A stretch of 63,527 nucleotides of DNA, filler included. It is 6 parts of 6 records of this genome, joined end to end, with 100 filler letters (N's around TTAATTAATTAA, not from the genome) between each part and the next. Parts side by side here need not be neighbours in the genome. Positions count along the whole stretch, not along the records: positions 32,227 to 51,008 come from SRR20825010_4545; 5 more parts are not named here. One strand, written 5' to 3'. Below, piece after piece: positions 32,763 through 44,064 of this stretch. The translations under genes and the position numbers were made by a program. Under the pieces are notes generated by a model. The model saw only the letters and a list, made by a program, of their open reading frames with translations. It made no database searches and was not told the DNA's origin. Position 1 is the first letter of the stretch. Each line of letters starts with the position of its first letter.

Positions 32763-33923
32763 TTATTTGCGATCCTTGATGGCTACAAATTTCTGGTCTT
32801 CCGGGCCTGTGTAATTGGCGCTTGGGCGAATGATCTTGCCGTCGATGCGTTGTTCAATCACGTGGGCGCTCCAGCCAGAAGTACGGGCAATCACGAACAG
32901 GGGCGTGAACATGGCGGTGGGCACGCCCATCATGTGGTAGCTTACAGCGCTGAACCAGTCCAGGTTCGGGAACATTTTCTTGATTTCCCACATCACGCTT
33001 TCCAGGCGTTCGGCGATGTTGTACATCTTCATGTTGTTTTGTTCTTTGGATAAATCTTCCGCCACTTTCTTGATCACCACGTTGCGGGGGTCGCTCACGG
33101 TGTACACCGGGTGGCCAAAACCAATCACCACTTCCTTGCGTTCCACGCGGGCGCGAATGTCGGCCTCGGCTTCATCCGGGTTGTCGTAACGCTTTTGAAT
33201 TTCGAAGGCCACTTCGTTTGCGCCACCATGCTTGGGGCCACGCAGGGCACCAATACCACCGCAAATGGCCGAATACATGTCGGAACCTGTACCGGCCACC
33301 ACGCGGCTGGTGAAGGTAGATGCATTGAATTCATGCTCTGCGTACAGAATCAGCGAGGTGTGCATGGCGCGCACCCAGCTGTCGCGGGGCTTTTCACCAT
33401 GCAACAAGTGCAGGAAGTGGCCGCCGATTGAATCATCGTCGGTTTCCACTTCAATGCGCTTGCCGTTGTGGCTGTAGTGGTACCAATAAAGCAGCATGCT
33501 GCCCAGGCTGGCCATCAGCTTGTCGGCAATGTCGCGCGCGCCGGGGTGGTTGTGGTCGTCTTTTTCGGGTTGCAGGCAACCCAATACTGAAACGCCAGTG
33601 CGCATTACATCCATAGGGTGAGCTGAAGGGGGCAGGGCTTCCAGTGCCTGCTTCACGCCTGCGGGAATGCCGCGCAGTGCTTTCAGTTTGGCTTTGTAGC
33701 TGGCCAGTTCAGCCACTGTGGGCAGTTTGCCGTGCACCAGCAGGTAAGCAATTTCTTCAAATTCAGTGGTGGTGGCCAAGTCCAGAATGTCGTAACCGCG
33801 GTAAGACAAATCGTTGCCAGTGCGGCCCACGGTACACAGTGCAGTGTTGCCAGCGGCGGTGCCTGAAAGGGCTACAGATTTCTTGGGCTTGAAGCCGGAG
33901 GTTGTTGTTTGTTGCTCAGACAT
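32763..33923 (-). CDS. prpC: 2-methylcitrate synthase
   Basis: [37 protein letters not shown]. Confidence 0.96.
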   Translation of the reverse strand: MSEQQTTTSGFKPKKSVALSGTAAGNTALCTVGRTGNDLSYRGYDILDLATTTEFEEIAYLLVHGKLPTVAELASYKAKLKALRGIPAGVKQALEALPPSAHPMDVMRTGVSVLGCLQPEKDDHNHPGARDIADKLMASLGSMLLYWYHYSHNGKRIEVETDDDSIGGHFLHLLHGEKPRDSWVRAMHTSLILYAEHEFNASTFTSRVVAGTGSDMYSAICGGIGALRGPKHGGANEVAFEIQKRYDNPDEAEADIRARVERKEVVIGFGHPVYTVSDPRNVVIKKVAEDLSKEQNNMKMYNIAERLESVMWEIKKMFPNLDWFSAVSYHMMGVPTAMFTPLFVIARTSGWSAHVIEQRIDGKIIRPSANYTGPEDQKFVAIKDRK

Positions 33924-33983
33924 TTCTGTCTCCTGTCAAAAAATAGTTTTTTTATAACAATTGTTTATAGTTTTTTATTCAAG

Positions 33984-34865
33984 TTATTTCTGTTGAAACA
34001 AAGCGTCCAGTTTCTGCTCGAAATCGTGGTAACCAATGCTGTCATACAGCTCCATGCGGGTTTGCATGGTGTCCAGCACATTCTTCTGGGTGCCATCGCG
34101 GCGAACGGCTTCATACACATTCTGCGCGGCTTTGTTCATGGCGCGGAAGGCGCTCAGGGGGTATAGCACCAAGCCCACGCCCACACCTTTCAGTTCTTCG
34201 GTGGTGAACAGGGGCGTTGAGCCAAATTCTGTGATGTTGGCCAGCACAGGTACTTTCACGGCATCTACAAACTGTTGGTACATGCTGAGTTCGGTCATGG
34301 CTTCCGGGAAAATCATGTCGGCACCCGCTTCCACGCAGGCACAGGCCCGGTCAATTGCTGATTGCAAACCTTCTACGGCCAGCGCATCGGTGCGGGCCAT
34401 GATCACGAAATCGTCTGAGCCGCGTGCGTCTACAGCCGCTTTAATGCGGTCCACCATTTCAGCTTGGGTAACAATTGCTTTGCCGGGGCGGTGGCCGCAG
34501 CGTTTTGCGCCCACCTGGTCTTCAATATGCATGGCAGCGGCACCGGCTTTTATCATGGCCTTGGTGGTGCGGGCAATGTTAAAAGCAGATGAACCAAAAC
34601 CAGTGTCAACGTCCACCAGCAAGGGGGTATCACATACATCGGTAATGCGGCGCACGTCGGTTAGTACATCGTCCAGGCTTGAAATGCCAAGGTCGGGCAG
34701 ACCCAGTGAACCGGCAGCCACACCGCCGCCGCTGAGGTAAATCGCTTTGAAGCCGGCGCGCTTGGCCAGCAATGCATGGTTGGCGTTGATTGCGCCAATC
34801 ACTTGCAATGGTTGTTCTTCTTTCACGGCTTGGCGAAAACGCGCACCTGCGGAATGTTGTGTCAT
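33984..34865 (-). CDS. prpB: Methylisocitrate lyase
   Basis: [32 protein letters not shown]. Confidence 0.97.
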   Translation of the reverse strand: MTQHSAGARFRQAVKEEQPLQVIGAINANHALLAKRAGFKAIYLSGGGVAAGSLGLPDLGISSLDDVLTDVRRITDVCDTPLLVDVDTGFGSSAFNIARTTKAMIKAGAAAMHIEDQVGAKRCGHRPGKAIVTQAEMVDRIKAAVDARGSDDFVIMARTDALAVEGLQSAIDRACACVEAGADMIFPEAMTELSMYQQFVDAVKVPVLANITEFGSTPLFTTEELKGVGVGLVLYPLSAFRAMNKAAQNVYEAVRRDGTQKNVLDTMQTRMELYDSIGYHDFEQKLDALFQQK

Positions 34866-34895
34866 GGTGTTCTCCTTGTTGTATGAATGGGGTAG

Positions 34896-34911
34896 AGCAG
34901 GGTTCGTGCCA
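34896..34911 (-). promoter_or_regulatory. Sigma54 -24/-12 promoter of prpB
   Basis: Minus strand TGGCACGAACCCTGCT, 30 nt upstream of prpB; divergent bEBP PrpR. Confidence 0.8.
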
Positions 34912-34941
34912 GTTATTTATTTTTTTAATTTTATATTTATT

Positions 34942-34954
34942 TATCAATTACTTG
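34942..34954 (+). promoter_or_regulatory. IHF binding site
   Basis: TATCAATTACTTG matches WATCAANNNNTTR, in an AT tract between the sigma54 promoter and the putative enhancer. Confidence 0.65.
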
Positions 34955-34991
34955 TTTTTTGTAATTAAAGTGTTTTCAATAATATTTAATT

Positions 34992-35047
34992 GGTATTTTG
35001 AAACCTCTTTGTGTAAAATGAAACGTATGAATGTTTCAAATGCAACG
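34992..35047. promoter_or_regulatory. Putative PrpR enhancer sites
   Basis: Repeated TGAAAC half-sites and imperfect palindrome TGTTTCAAATGCAACG. Confidence 0.5.
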
Positions 35048-35059
35048 TGAGTGTTTTGA

Positions 35060-36646
35060 ATGAAACCTAGAATTGTGGTGTTCAGCATCAGTGCCTTGGC
35101 AGGTACCCTGCGGGAAATTGCCCGTGATTACACCGCCTCAGCCAATATTGAACTGGTACCCAAGGCCTATGAAGACGCCTTGGCCTACGCCCGCAACCGC
35201 TACTACACCGACACGGCCGATGTATTCATTGCCGCCGGTTCAAATGGCGCGTTCCTGCAAAACCAGCTTGAAGCCCCCTTGGTGATCATTCGTACCGATG
35301 GTTTTGACGTAATGCAAGCCTTGGCTTCCGCAAGAAAAGCATCTTCAGCCGTGGGTTTGGTCAGTTATGAACATGCGTTCGATGAGCTGGAACAATTTGC
35401 CCGCGCATTCGATGTGCCGCTGAACACCCGCACCTATCGTACCCCTGAAGATGCACGCCGTGCAGTGCGCGAATTGGCGCAGTTGGGCGTGAAGGTGGTG
35501 GTGGGGTCGGGGCTTGTAACCGAAATTGCGCAGGAAATGGGGCTGGAAGCAATTCTGATCTATTCCCGCCAGGGCGTTGTAAAGGCATTCGAAGAAGCCA
35601 TACGCCTGGCCAGCGCCAAAGCCACCGGCGGTGTTCGCCGAAGTAGCCAGGCCTACACCTACCACACTGAGCAAGATTTAATTGGCAACAGCCCTGCGGT
35701 CCAAGGGCTTCGCAGCACCATTCGCCTGTGTGGCAGCATTGATTTTTCTGTGCTCATTCAGGGCGAAACCGGGGTGGGCAAAGAATTGGTTGCTCAATCC
35801 ATTCACACTGCCAGCCCACGTGCGGGCAAACCTTTTGTGGCAATTAATTGCGCATCACTGACGGAAAGCCTGCTGGAAAGCGAGCTGTTTGGTTACGAAG
35901 AAGGTGCATTTTCCGGCGCAGTAAAAGGCGGGCGTGCTGGCATGTTTGAAAGTGCACAGGGCGGCACGGTGTTTCTTGATGAAATCGGCGACATGCCGCT
36001 GGCCTTTCAAACCCGTTTGCTGCGTATTCTGGAAGACGGTACCGTGCGCCGCATTGGCTCTGTATCTTCCCGAAAAGTTGATTTTCGTTTGCTGGCCGCC
36101 AGCAATGTGAATTTGCAGCGGGCCGTGGAAGAAGGGCGTTTTCGTGAAGATTTGTATTTCCGCCTGAACGAAATGCTGATTCAAATCCCGCCGCTGCGTG
36201 AACGGCCTGAAGACATCGGCGAGCTGGCTGGTCACTTTTTGCGAACCACACCTGTGCGGGTCAGCAAAGCAAAGTTCGATGATTTTTTAAATGCAGCTTT
36301 GCCTGTGCTTCGCGTTTTGCCCTGGCCCGGCAATATTCGGCAACTTAAGAACGTGTGTCGCAGGGCGGCAGTGCTGATGTTGCAAGAAGGTGACGTGCGC
36401 CAATGGCGTGTCTGGTTTCCTGATTTGTTGGGCCCATCTGTCAGTGTGCCTGCGCCAAAGTTCGGTGACATGAACGACCTGGTTGTCGCCTACAGCAGGG
36501 CATCGAAAAATGATCGCGCTGAAATTGTTCGCAAGGCACTTGAATTGAAGGATGGAGAAGTGCAAAAGGTGGCGGATGGTTTGGGAATTAGCAGGTCAAC
36601 CGTGTGGCGGTTGGGTAAAGAACAAGAAAAAGTTAATGAAATTTGA
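35060..36646 (+). CDS. prpR: Propionate catabolism sigma54 activator PrpR
   Basis: PrpR N-terminal domain (AAGSNGAFL), [25 protein letters not shown]-terminal HTH; divergent from prpB. Confidence 0.92.
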   Translation: MKPRIVVFSISALAGTLREIARDYTASANIELVPKAYEDALAYARNRYYTDTADVFIAAGSNGAFLQNQLEAPLVIIRTDGFDVMQALASARKASSAVGLVSYEHAFDELEQFARAFDVPLNTRTYRTPEDARRAVRELAQLGVKVVVGSGLVTEIAQEMGLEAILIYSRQGVVKAFEEAIRLASAKATGGVRRSSQAYTYHTEQDLIGNSPAVQGLRSTIRLCGSIDFSVLIQGETGVGKELVAQSIHTASPRAGKPFVAINCASLTESLLESELFGYEEGAFSGAVKGGRAGMFESAQGGTVFLDEIGDMPLAFQTRLLRILEDGTVRRIGSVSSRKVDFRLLAASNVNLQRAVEEGRFREDLYFRLNEMLIQIPPLRERPEDIGELAGHFLRTTPVRVSKAKFDDFLNAALPVLRVLPWPGNIRQLKNVCRRAAVLMLQEGDVRQWRVWFPDLLGPSVSVPAPKFGDMNDLVVAYSRASKNDRAEIVRKALELKDGEVQKVADGLGISRSTVWRLGKEQEKVNEI

Positions 36647-36656
36647 GCCAGAATCC

Positions 36657-37064
36657 ATGTCATTCACGCCCCCCGTCATAGTTGAGTCCGAAGTTGAGTT
36701 CACCGCCATTCGCGCCCAAGGCGCTGGTGGTCAAAACGTCAACAAGGTATCGAGCGCTGTTCATCTGCGTTTCGACATTCGCTCATCCTCGCTGCCCGAA
36801 TACATCAAGGAAAAATTGCTCGCCCTGCAAGATCAGCGTTTGACCAAGGACGGTGTGATTGTCATCAAGGCACAAACCACGCGTAGTCAAGAGCAGAACC
36901 GGGTTGATGCGCTGGCGCGCCTGAATGAATTGATTGCCGAGGTGGCCAAGCCCATCAAGGCGCGGCGCGAAACGCGCCCAACCCTGGGTTCCAAGCGCCG
37001 CCGCCTGGAAGGCAAAACCATTCGGGGGCAAGTCAAGGCTTTGCGGGGGAAGGTGCAAGACTAG
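36657..37064 (+). CDS. arfB: Alternative ribosome-rescue factor ArfB (YaeJ)
   Basis: [21 protein letters not shown], basic tail RETRPT...RRLEGK. Confidence 0.93.
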   Translation: MSFTPPVIVESEVEFTAIRAQGAGGQNVNKVSSAVHLRFDIRSSSLPEYIKEKLLALQDQRLTKDGVIVIKAQTTRSQEQNRVDALARLNELIAEVAKPIKARRETRPTLGSKRRRLEGKTIRGQVKALRGKVQD

Positions 37065-37154
37065 TTGAAACCTGGTTTGTGTCACGAACAAGTGTGTGAA
37101 TTATTTTCAAACCTGGGCAATAATGAACACGAACCTTAACCACAAGGAGAATTA

Positions 37155-37313
37155 ATGGACCTTATCCGCATACTGATCGCTATTTTGTTGCCACCTCTCG
37201 GTGTTTTTTTGCAAGAAGGTCTGGGCAAACATTTCTGGATCAACATCATCCTGACTTTGCTTGGCTACATTCCCGGCATTGTTCATGCTGTTTACATTAT
37301 TGCCAAAAGATGA
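37155..37313 (+). CDS. YqaE/Pmp3 family membrane proteolipid (52 aa; absent from the ORF track)
   Basis: MDLIRILIAILLPPLGVFL...FWINIILTLLGYIPGIVHAVYIIAKR; AAGGAG SD upstream. Confidence 0.93.
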   Translation: MDLIRILIAILLPPLGVFLQEGLGKHFWINIILTLLGYIPGIVHAVYIIAKR

Positions 37314-37418
37314 GGCCGAAGAAATACGCCTGAAAGTCACAACACAATATTTCTTGTATGTCGGCTCGGCGTGTCACCCGTTAGTATCCACACAACTACA
37401 ACCACTAAGGAACTCATC

Positions 37419-37640
37419 ATGCAAGCTGCAAAAATAGTCGGAATTCTGTTGATCATTGCGGGCACCTTGGGCCTAGTGTATGGCGGCTTTAGCTACACCG
37501 AAGAATCAACCGCCGCCAAAATTGGTTCATTAGAAATTACTTTGGATCAGGAAAAGAACGTGAATGTGCCCATGTGGGCAGGTGTAGGTGCCATTGTGGC
37601 TGGCGCTTTGTTATTGCTTGCAGGCGGCCGCAAGGGTTAA
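37419..37640 (+). CDS. Small two-TM membrane protein
   Basis: MQAAKIVGILLIIAGTLGLVYGGFSYT...VPMWAGVGAIVAG; AAGGA SD. Confidence 0.8.
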   Translation: MQAAKIVGILLIIAGTLGLVYGGFSYTEESTAAKIGSLEITLDQEKNVNVPMWAGVGAIVAGALLLLAGGRKG

Positions 37641-38542
37641 AAAGTCCACGCCACAATGCGCGTGTTTTTATTTCCTTGTTCCATCTCAACTTCCAGAACG
37701 TCCCGGGCACCCACATCGCGTATCAACCGCTTTGCGGGTGCCACGTTCTCGGCCTTGGAAATCAAGCTTGTAAACCACTTGCATTGTTTGGCGAACATGG
37801 CGCTTTCATTGATCATGGTTTGCAGAAAACCACTTTCCCCGCCTTCGCACCACAATTCGTTTTTCTGACCACCGAAGTTCAATGAAGCTTGTGATTTCGC
37901 GGCAGGTTTTTCCCCCCGATTGAATGCCAGGCTGTTGACCTTGCGCTGATTACTTTTCATCGCTTCTTTTTGCGAGGCATGGAACGGCGGATTGCATACA
38001 CTCAAATCAAAACGCTCTCCGGGTTTGATCACCCCGTCAAAAATTTTTCGTTTGTCGCGCTGCAAGCGCAAATCGATCAAATGTTTCAATGCTTCATTTT
38101 TATCAAGCACAGCGGCAAGGTTTTTCAGCGCGACAGGGTCAATTTCGGTGCCTGTGCATTGCCAGCCATGCACTTGCGCGGCCAGAAGTGAATAGATGCC
38201 ATTGGCACCAGTGCCGATGTCGAGCATTCGAACCGGGCGTGAATCCGATGCCACAATGCCCACACTTGAAAGAAGATCCGCCACGTAGTGAATGTAATCC
38301 ACCCGACCCGGAATGGGTGGGCACAGGTAGCCCTCTGGGACATTCCAGCCTTCGACGCCGTAGTAATGTTTTAACAGTGCGCTATTCAAGGCTTTCACTG
38401 CCGCCGGGTCAGCAAAGTCAATTGACTCGGCGCCGTACTTGTTGGGTTTCACATGCTTTTTCAGGGCAGGGAATGTCAACGCAAGCGTTTCAAAATCGTA
38501 ACCCTCGTTGTGCAGGTTCTTGGGGTGAAACGCCTTATTCAT
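37637..38542 (-). CDS. rlmF: 23S rRNA m6A1618 methyltransferase RlmF
   Basis: LCPPIPGRVDYIH, LDIGTGAN, CNPPFH, LNFGGQ..EL.CEGGE. Confidence 0.95.
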   Translation of the reverse strand: MNKAFHPKNLHNEGYDFETLALTFPALKKHVKPNKYGAESIDFADPAAVKALNSALLKHYYGVEGWNVPEGYLCPPIPGRVDYIHYVADLLSSVGIVASDSRPVRMLDIGTGANGIYSLLAAQVHGWQCTGTEIDPVALKNLAAVLDKNEALKHLIDLRLQRDKRKIFDGVIKPGERFDLSVCNPPFHASQKEAMKSNQRKVNSLAFNRGEKPAAKSQASLNFGGQKNELWCEGGESGFLQTMINESAMFAKQCKWFTSLISKAENVAPAKRLIRDVGARDVLEVEMEQGNKNTRIVAWTF

Positions 38543-40556
38543 TTGTTGCCTTTTTAGTTTTTTGTGCTTTGCTTCGTGCGGCCAAATCGTAACAGCCGGT
38601 TTTGTTGGCGTCTTGTTCGGTATCGGGGGTGCCCACATCAAGAAATGGAATGAGCGCCGCCAGTGGATTCATCAGTGACAGCAAAGCGGCGCCCGCCAAT
38701 TTACCGACAAGCGGACCCTTCTGTACCGATACTTCTGGCGAGCCCATTGTACCCGTCACCAATAGCGGCGTGCGCAAACTGACCGGGCTGAAGTCTTTCG
38801 GCGTTACCACCACCTTCAAGTCCAAGGCTTCTGTTTTCATGGAGATAGTGCCGTCTACCCACATTGCAGAATCGGGTGTGTCGATGACAAAGACACGCGG
38901 GCGCAGCAGGCCGTTGTTGGCCTCCAGGTCCGCAAAGGCGCATTTCATCTTCAGTACGTCATCGCCCCGGAACCACACGCCAAGCGCCTCGGCAGCATCC
39001 AGACCTGCCGCTTCGATGATCAAGTGCGATATGGTGCCATTGCTGACCTGGGTTCGAACATTGCCCGCAAGGCTTCCCAAAATTTCTGCAGTTGAACGGC
39101 CTTTGCCTTTCAGCTTGGCCGCGCCATTCATGCGCCCCGTGACATAAGGGGGCTGGTTTGGCGAGCGTGTCAGTTGTAGCCACTGTTCAAGCTGCACGCC
39201 AGCCCAGCCTAAATCTACTTCCCACAGTGCAATGTCTTCGCGACCGTCAAGCTGCACCATGCCTGCCAACTGGCCTTGCGCGGTTTTGGCTTCAATGTCG
39301 GAAATGCGAAGAACACCGCTGGTCAATTCCAAATGGGCACGCAGCGGGCGCAAGGGTTTTAAAATTTCACTGCCCAGGTCAAGGTTGTCGATGTCAATCT
39401 GTACATCGGCATCCATGGCACGAAGGGATGGCAAATCGAATGGTTTGTCGGGCAGTACCCGGCCTGTGGAATTTTTGGGTTTCTCGGTTTTTGTAACAGG
39501 AGCGCCCACTGTGGGGCCCAAGTCGGCCAGGATTAGCGAGGGGCCTTTCAATACGCCTGAAAGCAACGGTGTTTCCCTGCCGCCTTCGTACACAAAATCG
39601 CCTTTCAGGCGACTGCTCCCAATGGTCGCGCTGGCGATTTCCGCTTTCCAGGTTTGGCCTTCCCGGCTCAACTCGCCTTCGGTGCGAAAAGGCGGGGTGC
39701 TTGGCAAGGTGATGCCCAAGGCTTCGCCGGCCATGGCAAGCGAAGGGCCACTGACCACAAAATGGCCAGACAGCCGTTGCATTTTCAGTGCATCTGTCGC
39801 CTTGCCCTTGAAGGTCAGTTTCGCACTGCCCAAGGCAATGTCCAGTGCAACCGGTATTGGTTCTGCGTTCTGCGCTACCCACGGCAGAATGCCAGTGGAA
39901 GCAAGTTTGATGTCGAGTTTTTTCTTCTGATAAGTGCCTTTTGCGTTCACATTCAGGGCGTTTTCACCGGAGCTGCTTTCCTGCAGGGCAAGTGTCGAAT
40001 CGAGATTGAGCGCAAGGGGTTCATCGTTGTAGCGAATGGTGCCCGCCTCAATGGCTAGCAAGCCGAAGTTCGGCAAGGGGGTGGGTTCAGCATTGGGCTT
40101 TTCTTGTGTAAAGTGCCAGGAAGCCCGGCCATCGGCCAAACGCTCAATGTTGCCGTCCAGCACATTTGCTTTCAGGGTTTTGATGTTCAAGGGCAGGTTT
40201 GGATTGTTGCGCCATGCAAGCAAATCCCGGTAGCGCAATGCCAGCGTGATATTGCTGCCTTGAAGCATGTAGGGTGACTTACTCCAGTCGGGGGCGCCAA
40301 GTTCAAAGAAACCCAGTTCAAGCCGAATTCCGCCAATCAAGCGCAGTTTGAAAGCAGGGTTCTCGTTTGACTCCGTCAGAACCACTTTTCGCTTTAAGGT
40401 ATCGCTTAAAAATTGTTCAGCAGGTTTGGCCAAAAAAAACCATCCCATCAATTCAAATGTGCCAATTGCCAACACGATCAAGCCAATGCAGGCGACCGTG
40501 GCGACGAACCATGGTTGTTTGCGGCGCAGTTTCCTGGTGAATTGTGTTTGGTTCAA
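38535..40556 (-). CDS. AsmA family protein (YhjG-like)
   Basis: N-terminal TM, L.ADLGP, LRAMDADV, C-terminal AALIPFL. Confidence 0.85.
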   Translation of the reverse strand: MNQTQFTRKLRRKQPWFVATVACIGLIVLAIGTFELMGWFFLAKPAEQFLSDTLKRKVVLTESNENPAFKLRLIGGIRLELGFFELGAPDWSKSPYMLQGSNITLALRYRDLLAWRNNPNLPLNIKTLKANVLDGNIERLADGRASWHFTQEKPNAEPTPLPNFGLLAIEAGTIRYNDEPLALNLDSTLALQESSSGENALNVNAKGTYQKKKLDIKLASTGILPWVAQNAEPIPVALDIALGSAKLTFKGKATDALKMQRLSGHFVVSGPSLAMAGEALGITLPSTPPFRTEGELSREGQTWKAEIASATIGSSRLKGDFVYEGGRETPLLSGVLKGPSLILADLGPTVGAPVTKTEKPKNSTGRVLPDKPFDLPSLRAMDADVQIDIDNLDLGSEILKPLRPLRAHLELTSGVLRISDIEAKTAQGQLAGMVQLDGREDIALWEVDLGWAGVQLEQWLQLTRSPNQPPYVTGRMNGAAKLKGKGRSTAEILGSLAGNVRTQVSNGTISHLIIEAAGLDAAEALGVWFRGDDVLKMKCAFADLEANNGLLRPRVFVIDTPDSAMWVDGTISMKTEALDLKVVVTPKDFSPVSLRTPLLVTGTMGSPEVSVQKGPLVGKLAGAALLSLMNPLAALIPFLDVGTPDTEQDANKTGCYDLAARSKAQKTKKATNE

Positions 40557-40760
40557 AATATGCCTGTGTTAATGTTGGTGGGTGTGAATTTTTGCGGGTG
40601 CTTCCGCATATGGTTAACGCACACGGGCCGTATACAGTAAACCAAGGTCAACTTAAGCTCGACATACTCGTTATACAGAATATTGAAATTCAAGGGCTTT
40701 CGGCTGTTTTGTGCCGATTCAAATATCAAACCAATTATCGTTCAAAGGAAAGCTTCACAC

Positions 40761-40913
40761 ATGAAAACATTTTTTTCCATTTTGGCCCTTGTTACATTGT
40801 TGGGTGGATGCGCCATTCACACGCCTTCAGGTTCCGTCGTTGTTGATCCGCATGACGGTCATGGCGGTGGCGGCTTTTGCCCACCAGGCCAAGCCAAAAA
40901 AGGCAACTGCTGA
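40761..40913 (+). CDS. Small lipoprotein ending FCPPGQAKKGNC
   Basis: Lipobox LGGC; conserved PPGQAKK tail. Confidence 0.8.
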   Translation: MKTFFSILALVTLLGGCAIHTPSGSVVVDPHDGHGGGGFCPPGQAKKGNC

Positions 40914-40951
40914 TCATTGATCAGGCGAATGCGTGTTGTGTTGAATAAAAT

Positions 40952-41920
40952 TTACTTTGCACGCATTCGCAGCACTTCAAAAAAGTACCTGTAGCTCGCC
41001 CTGTCATGCAACTCGCCCTTTACTTGAATGGGGCCCCAATCCGCTTTCTGTGCTTCGGTTAAAACCATCACCGCTTCTTCCACTTCAGAATCTGTGGGCA
41101 GCATGGCCGACATGATGTGAACAATTTGATCCGGGTGAATGCTCCACATCCGCGTAAATCCAAAATCCCGTTTTGCACGCTGTGCATCCTCGGCCGCCAT
41201 TTCAGGTTGGCGAATATTGCGCGTCACATTGTGTGAAGGCACCTTGCCAAACCGGTGGCACGCCGCAGAAATTTCCAGTTTTGCACGGCGCACCAAGGGG
41301 TTTTCAAATTGCCCAGGTGAATTCAAAGCCGTTTTGGGAATAGCGCTTCGATGGCTTGAAATAAAGTCCATGATGCCAAATGAAAGGGATTCAACTTCTT
41401 CCAGCCCGGCGATTGCATGCACAGCAGCCAGGGCACCGTGGGTTTCAATCAAGACATGCAAGGGCGGTGGCTCAACGCCAGCCATTGCACATTGTTCGCG
41501 AATGCGGGCCATGGCCAGTTTCACATCATCGAAGTTTTCAGGCTTCGGCAACATCAGGTAAGCAGGTGAGGGCACACCCTCGCGCAGCACAATTGGCAAT
41601 TCCAGCTCGAACGCAGGGTCTTGCACCGGGTGCAGTCGAACGCCGGGTCGGCGAGTTTCGCTGCCATAACGTGCAGAAAAATCAGTCAGGCTGTGTGCGG
41701 CCCAGGTTGCAATTTCTGTGACCTGGCCCACCACTGCGCCGTCTTCCAGGTCCAGCGTAATGTCAAAGCAGGCACCAATTTCCGCGCGAATTTGTAGTGC
41801 TTTCTCAAAGTATTTGGGGCGACCAGTGTAGTGGTCGCACACCGGCAGGTTCACCTGCGCATGGTCTTCACTGTACAAAATGGTGGAAATGTTTGCCAAA
41901 TCCAGGTTGTGCTTTTTCAC
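40952..41920 (-). CDS. HpcH/HpaI aldolase / citrate lyase beta (CitE-like)
   Basis: [37 protein letters not shown]; next to mdh as in Burkholderiales. Confidence 0.88.
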   Translation of the reverse strand: MKKHNLDLANISTILYSEDHAQVNLPVCDHYTGRPKYFEKALQIRAEIGACFDITLDLEDGAVVGQVTEIATWAAHSLTDFSARYGSETRRPGVRLHPVQDPAFELELPIVLREGVPSPAYLMLPKPENFDDVKLAMARIREQCAMAGVEPPPLHVLIETHGALAAVHAIAGLEEVESLSFGIMDFISSHRSAIPKTALNSPGQFENPLVRRAKLEISAACHRFGKVPSHNVTRNIRQPEMAAEDAQRAKRDFGFTRMWSIHPDQIVHIMSAMLPTDSEVEEAVMVLTEAQKADWGPIQVKGELHDRASYRYFFEVLRMRAK

Positions 41921-41943
41921 GCGGGTGTTCCTCGGTTACAAAT

Positions 41944-41974
41944 AAAAAAAGCCAGCATCTCTGCTGGCCTTTTT
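41944..41974 (-). terminator. Intrinsic terminator after mdh
   Basis: AAAAAAAGCCAGCA-TCTC-TGCTGGC-CTTTTT. Confidence 0.75.
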
Positions 41975-41993
41975 ATCACGAATTGCTTGTAAA

Positions 41994-42980
41994 TTACTTG
42001 CCCAGCAAGTGCTTCACGCCTTCGCGTTCTTCCATCAGTTCGTTCAGGGTAATGTTGATGCGCTCTTGGCTGAATGCATCAATTTCCAGACCCTTCACAA
42101 TCTCAAACTTGCCGTTTGCACAAGTAACGGGGAAGCCGAACTGTGTACCTTCAGGAATGCCGTATGAACCGTCGGAAGGAATACCCATGGTGACCCACTT
42201 GCCGTTGGTGCCCAGTACCCAATCGCGCACGTGGTCGATTGCAGCATTGGCAGCCGAAGCGGCAGAAGACAAGCCACGCGCTTCAATAATGGCTGCACCA
42301 CGCTTGCCTACTGTTGGCAAGAAAGTGTTGGCGTTCCATTCCTGGTCGTTGATCATGTCCTTGACTGAAGCGCCGTCGATGGTCGCGAAACGGTAGTCAG
42401 CGTACATGGTGGGCGAGTGATTGCCCCACACGGCCAGCTTTTCGATTGAAGCAACCGGCTTGCCGGTTTTTGCAGCAACCTGGCTCAAGGCACGGTTGTG
42501 GTCCAGGCGAAGCATGGATGTAAAGCAGTTTGCGTCCAGGTCAGGGGCTGACTGCTGTGCAATGTAAGCATTGGTGTTGGCGGGGTTGCCCACAACCAAT
42601 ACCTTCACGGTTGGCTTGGCGTTGTCGTTCAGTGCTTTGCCCTGAACGGTGAAAATTGCGCCGTTGGCTTCCAGCAGGTCTTTGCGTTCCATGCCTTTGC
42701 TGCGGGGGCGAGCACCAACCAGCAGTGCCACGTCTACGTCTTTGAATGCCGTGGCAGGGTCGTCTGTAATTACAACGCCTTGCAGCAAGGGGAATGCACA
42801 ATCTTCCAGTTCCATAACCACACCCTTCACTGCGGGCAGGGCAGGGGTAATGTCCAGCAGCTGCAAAATCACGGGCTGGTCTTTGCCCAGCATGTCGCCA
42901 TTGGCGATACGGAACAACAAGCTGTAGCCGATTTGGCCGGCAGCACCTGTAACGGCAACTCGCATTGCGGGTTTGGTCAT
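41994..42980 (-). CDS. mdh: Malate dehydrogenase
   Basis: [33 protein letters not shown]. Confidence 0.98.
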   Translation of the reverse strand: MTKPAMRVAVTGAAGQIGYSLLFRIANGDMLGKDQPVILQLLDITPALPAVKGVVMELEDCAFPLLQGVVITDDPATAFKDVDVALLVGARPRSKGMERKDLLEANGAIFTVQGKALNDNAKPTVKVLVVGNPANTNAYIAQQSAPDLDANCFTSMLRLDHNRALSQVAAKTGKPVASIEKLAVWGNHSPTMYADYRFATIDGASVKDMINDQEWNANTFLPTVGKRGAAIIEARGLSSAASAANAAIDHVRDWVLGTNGKWVTMGIPSDGSYGIPEGTQFGFPVTCANGKFEIVKGLEIDAFSQERINITLNELMEEREGVKHLLGK

Positions 42981-43083
42981 GTCAAACACTCCAAAGGATT
43001 AAAAATCGAAGGCCATAGTTTAGCGCCAAACACTGACACCTTGTTGACTAATCTGGTGGATTAGAGGGGTTTAACTTTTAAAA

Positions 43084-43103
43084 GTCCTCTATAAGATATA
43101 AGA
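43084..43103 (+). promoter_or_regulatory. Putative SdhR operator
   Basis: GTCCTCTATAAGATATAAGA resembles the recalled betaproteobacterial SdhR motif (..GTCTTATATAAGACATAAGA); between divergent mdh and the GntR gene. Confidence 0.55.
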
Positions 43104-43140
43104 TACGAAATAATCCGAAAAAACAAGATCGAGAGACACT

Positions 43141-43869
43141 TTGCAACCTGTAAACCCCACTTTCAGCCCGCTTTACCAGCAAATCAAAGGTTTGCTGCTG
43201 AAAAGCCTTCAAGATGGCGAATGGAAGCCGGGCGAACTCATTCCGTCTGAAACGGAACTGGCGGTTCGCTATGGCGTAAGCCAGGGCACGGTGCGCAAGG
43301 CAATCGATGAGCTTGCTTCTGAGAACCTGGTCGACCGAAAGCAGGGGCGAGGCACTTTTGTGGCCACGCACAACGAAGCCAAATCGGAATACCGGTTTTT
43401 GCGATTGGCTGCCGATGAAGAACCCAGCGTCAGGCCAAAATCCACTTACTTGTCCGTTGAGCGCGTGCGCGCAAGTTCCCAAATCGCCAAGTTGCTGGAC
43501 ATCAAGCCCAGCGATTCCGTGTTTGTGGTCAAGCGTGTGATGCGGTTTGACGGTGTGCCCCGTATTTTCGATGAGATCTGGTTGCCCGCATCCCAATATA
43601 AAGGGCTCACGCTTGAGCGGCTTCAGCAGTGGAATTCCACCTTGTACGGCTTTCTCGAAAGCAGCTTCAACGTGCGCATGTTGCGCGCCAATGAACACAT
43701 CAAAGCCGTGAGCGCCCAGGGCGAGCACGCCAGTATATTGCAGGTCGAAGCAGGTACACCATTGTTGCTGGTCGAGCGCCTTTCAATGACGTATGCTGAC
43801 AAACCGGTGGAGCTTCGCCGTGGCTGGTATTTGACCGACAAATTTTCATACAGGAATGAATTGTATTGA
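43141..43869 (+). CDS. GntR/HutC-family regulator of TCA genes (SdhR-like)
   Basis: PLYQQIK, IPSETELA, VSQGTVRKAIDEL, UTRA domain; between mdh and sdhC. Confidence 0.9.
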   Translation: MQPVNPTFSPLYQQIKGLLLKSLQDGEWKPGELIPSETELAVRYGVSQGTVRKAIDELASENLVDRKQGRGTFVATHNEAKSEYRFLRLAADEEPSVRPKSTYLSVERVRASSQIAKLLDIKPSDSVFVVKRVMRFDGVPRIFDEIWLPASQYKGLTLERLQQWNSTLYGFLESSFNVRMLRANEHIKAVSAQGEHASILQVEAGTPLLLVERLSMTYADKPVELRRGWYLTDKFSYRNELY

Positions 43870-44064
43870 ATTGATACAAGTCTTTTGCGGGCAAAAGAAT
43901 GCATTTGTCTCACTTAGCGCTCAAAATCAAAAAATTCACGCTTTAAGCCCTGCTTCATTTGGTTCAGAATATACCGTTGTCCGATATTGGTTTTTTTAAA
44001 GGATTCAAGCCGCAAGGCCTAGGGTTTTGGCCCGTTTTCCAATCACTTTTATAAGAACACGAGC

